DNA of 64,000 nucleotides, taken from positions 3,658,001 through 3,722,000 of the forward strand of contig JBHGNT010000006.1 of assembly GCA_043228905.1 (NCBI GenBank), written 5' to 3'. Source of the stretch: Azolla caroliniana. Its lineage: Eukaryota > Plantae > Polypodiophyta. Below are positions 62,911 through 64,000 of the stretch, in pieces. The position numbers were made by a program, and so were the translations under genes. Each line of letters begins with the position of its first letter. Position 1 is the first letter of the stretch. The notes under the pieces were generated by a model, which made no database searches, was not told the origin of the DNA, and saw only the letters and a list, made by a program, of their open reading frames with translations.

Positions 62911-63389
62911 ATCTCATGAGCATGACTTCCAATGATGTTTGGATTTGGTTTGTTAAGACGATTACCAATAAGATTATTTACAATGTTGTTTGAATTGGAC
63001 TCAATAGAATCATTGCCAAAAATCTAATTACAAGATGTGGTTAATGTCAAAACATTATAGGTCTATATGTTTAAATCAATCTAATTATGCTTTACCATAA
63101 TTATTTTCTTGTCTCACATACCATCATCAAAGTCGAAGTAGAAAGAAGCTTCATTGACTCTCACATGTTTAACAACGAGCAAACGAGCACAAAAATGTTG
63201 GAATGAAACATCCCTATCACAAAACATTGGAAGATGCATAGTTTTTTTTCTTCTTCAAAGATTTTCTTCATTAGTATTAAGAAAAACATGTGAATGCTAC
63301 AACTTAAGCTTATGTGCCCAAAAGCTTACAATTTTCATGTACAATGATGATATACAATAATCCTAAGACAACTAGAACTTTGTAAAAGG

Positions 63390-64000
63390 TTTTTTTTTTT
63401 TGCATTCTGCCATGCTTCACTGTTAATCAAGAAAGGGTCCAAGGAAGTTGATAGTTCCATTGAGGCCCTTGAGTTGACTCAAAGAATAGGGGTACCATTT
63501 TCCATAAGTGAAGGAGCTTCTTCTTTCTCTTGTTCACAGTCTTTGGTGAACCCTGCATGTTGTCATATTGGCCGCGGACTACTGCGACCAAGTTCTCCCA
63601 TATCTCACGCAAGACATATGAGAGACACTGATATGTCACATCATAACGTCGGTTGCATCAACATTTCCATAATGCCCATATCGTTATTGTAGTCATTGTT
63701 TTCCATATTTGGGCAGATCGCACTTGCTTTCAAGGTTGTTGAAAGGGGCTGACAAATATCAATCATCTATTATGTACCATCATTGCCTCTTGAACATCAC
63801 TTGCCTCATACAACATCAAATTGGAATGTAACACTCCCCACATTGCTGATCCCCATGAAAATAAGCAACCAACATTGATTGTTAAAAATAACGAAAGAAC
63901 TTTATTCCATACTTGTTGAGCCAAGGAACATGACCAAAGGGTATGCTTGGTAGTCTCTTGCACTTCGTGGCAAAAGTCACATTGTCGAAGATTAGGTGTT
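63390..64000 (-). mobile_element. L1-clade LINE 3' end (zf-RVT), decayed; continues beyond the window
   Basis: CDFC..QETTKHTLWSC..AQQVW, EIWENLV..RGQYD, WNYQLPW; poly(T) on the + strand at 63389-63401. Confidence 0.8.

Overview
Repeat-dense eukaryotic nuclear DNA from a land plant, probably a fern or other non-seed plant. This is an inference from GT-AG introns, TTTAGGG repeats, a PPR remnant and the TE spectrum. The window is mostly nested transposable elements, plus one intact host gene (4-exon EF-hand protein, 57414-60050) and a C2/Munc13-like gene or pseudogene. The main discovery is a complete 10.2-kb cut-and-paste DNA transposon (133-10330) with 36-bp TIRs and a 4-bp GCAG TSD, inserted in a LINE ORF2. 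It carries two divergently transcribed genes: a Sola/DUF7869-like DDD transposase on the + strand, and on the - strand a six-exon, ~974-codon gene fusing a ParB/Srx-like domain to a prokaryote-type beta-class N4C/N6A DNA methyltransferase. Intron 1 of that gene holds 25-bp palindromes phased at exactly 51 bp, resembling parS sites. This copy has inactivating mutations. A decayed relative with the same TIR and palindromes lies at 22346-~26190. Other notable items: a gypsy element with tRNA-type PBS-like sequences at both inner LTR borders and no PPT, a chromovirus with a Tf1-like self-priming signal, and telomere repeats at the 5' junctions of two truncated LINE insertions. All alignments were done by eye; family names come from motif recognition, not database searches.
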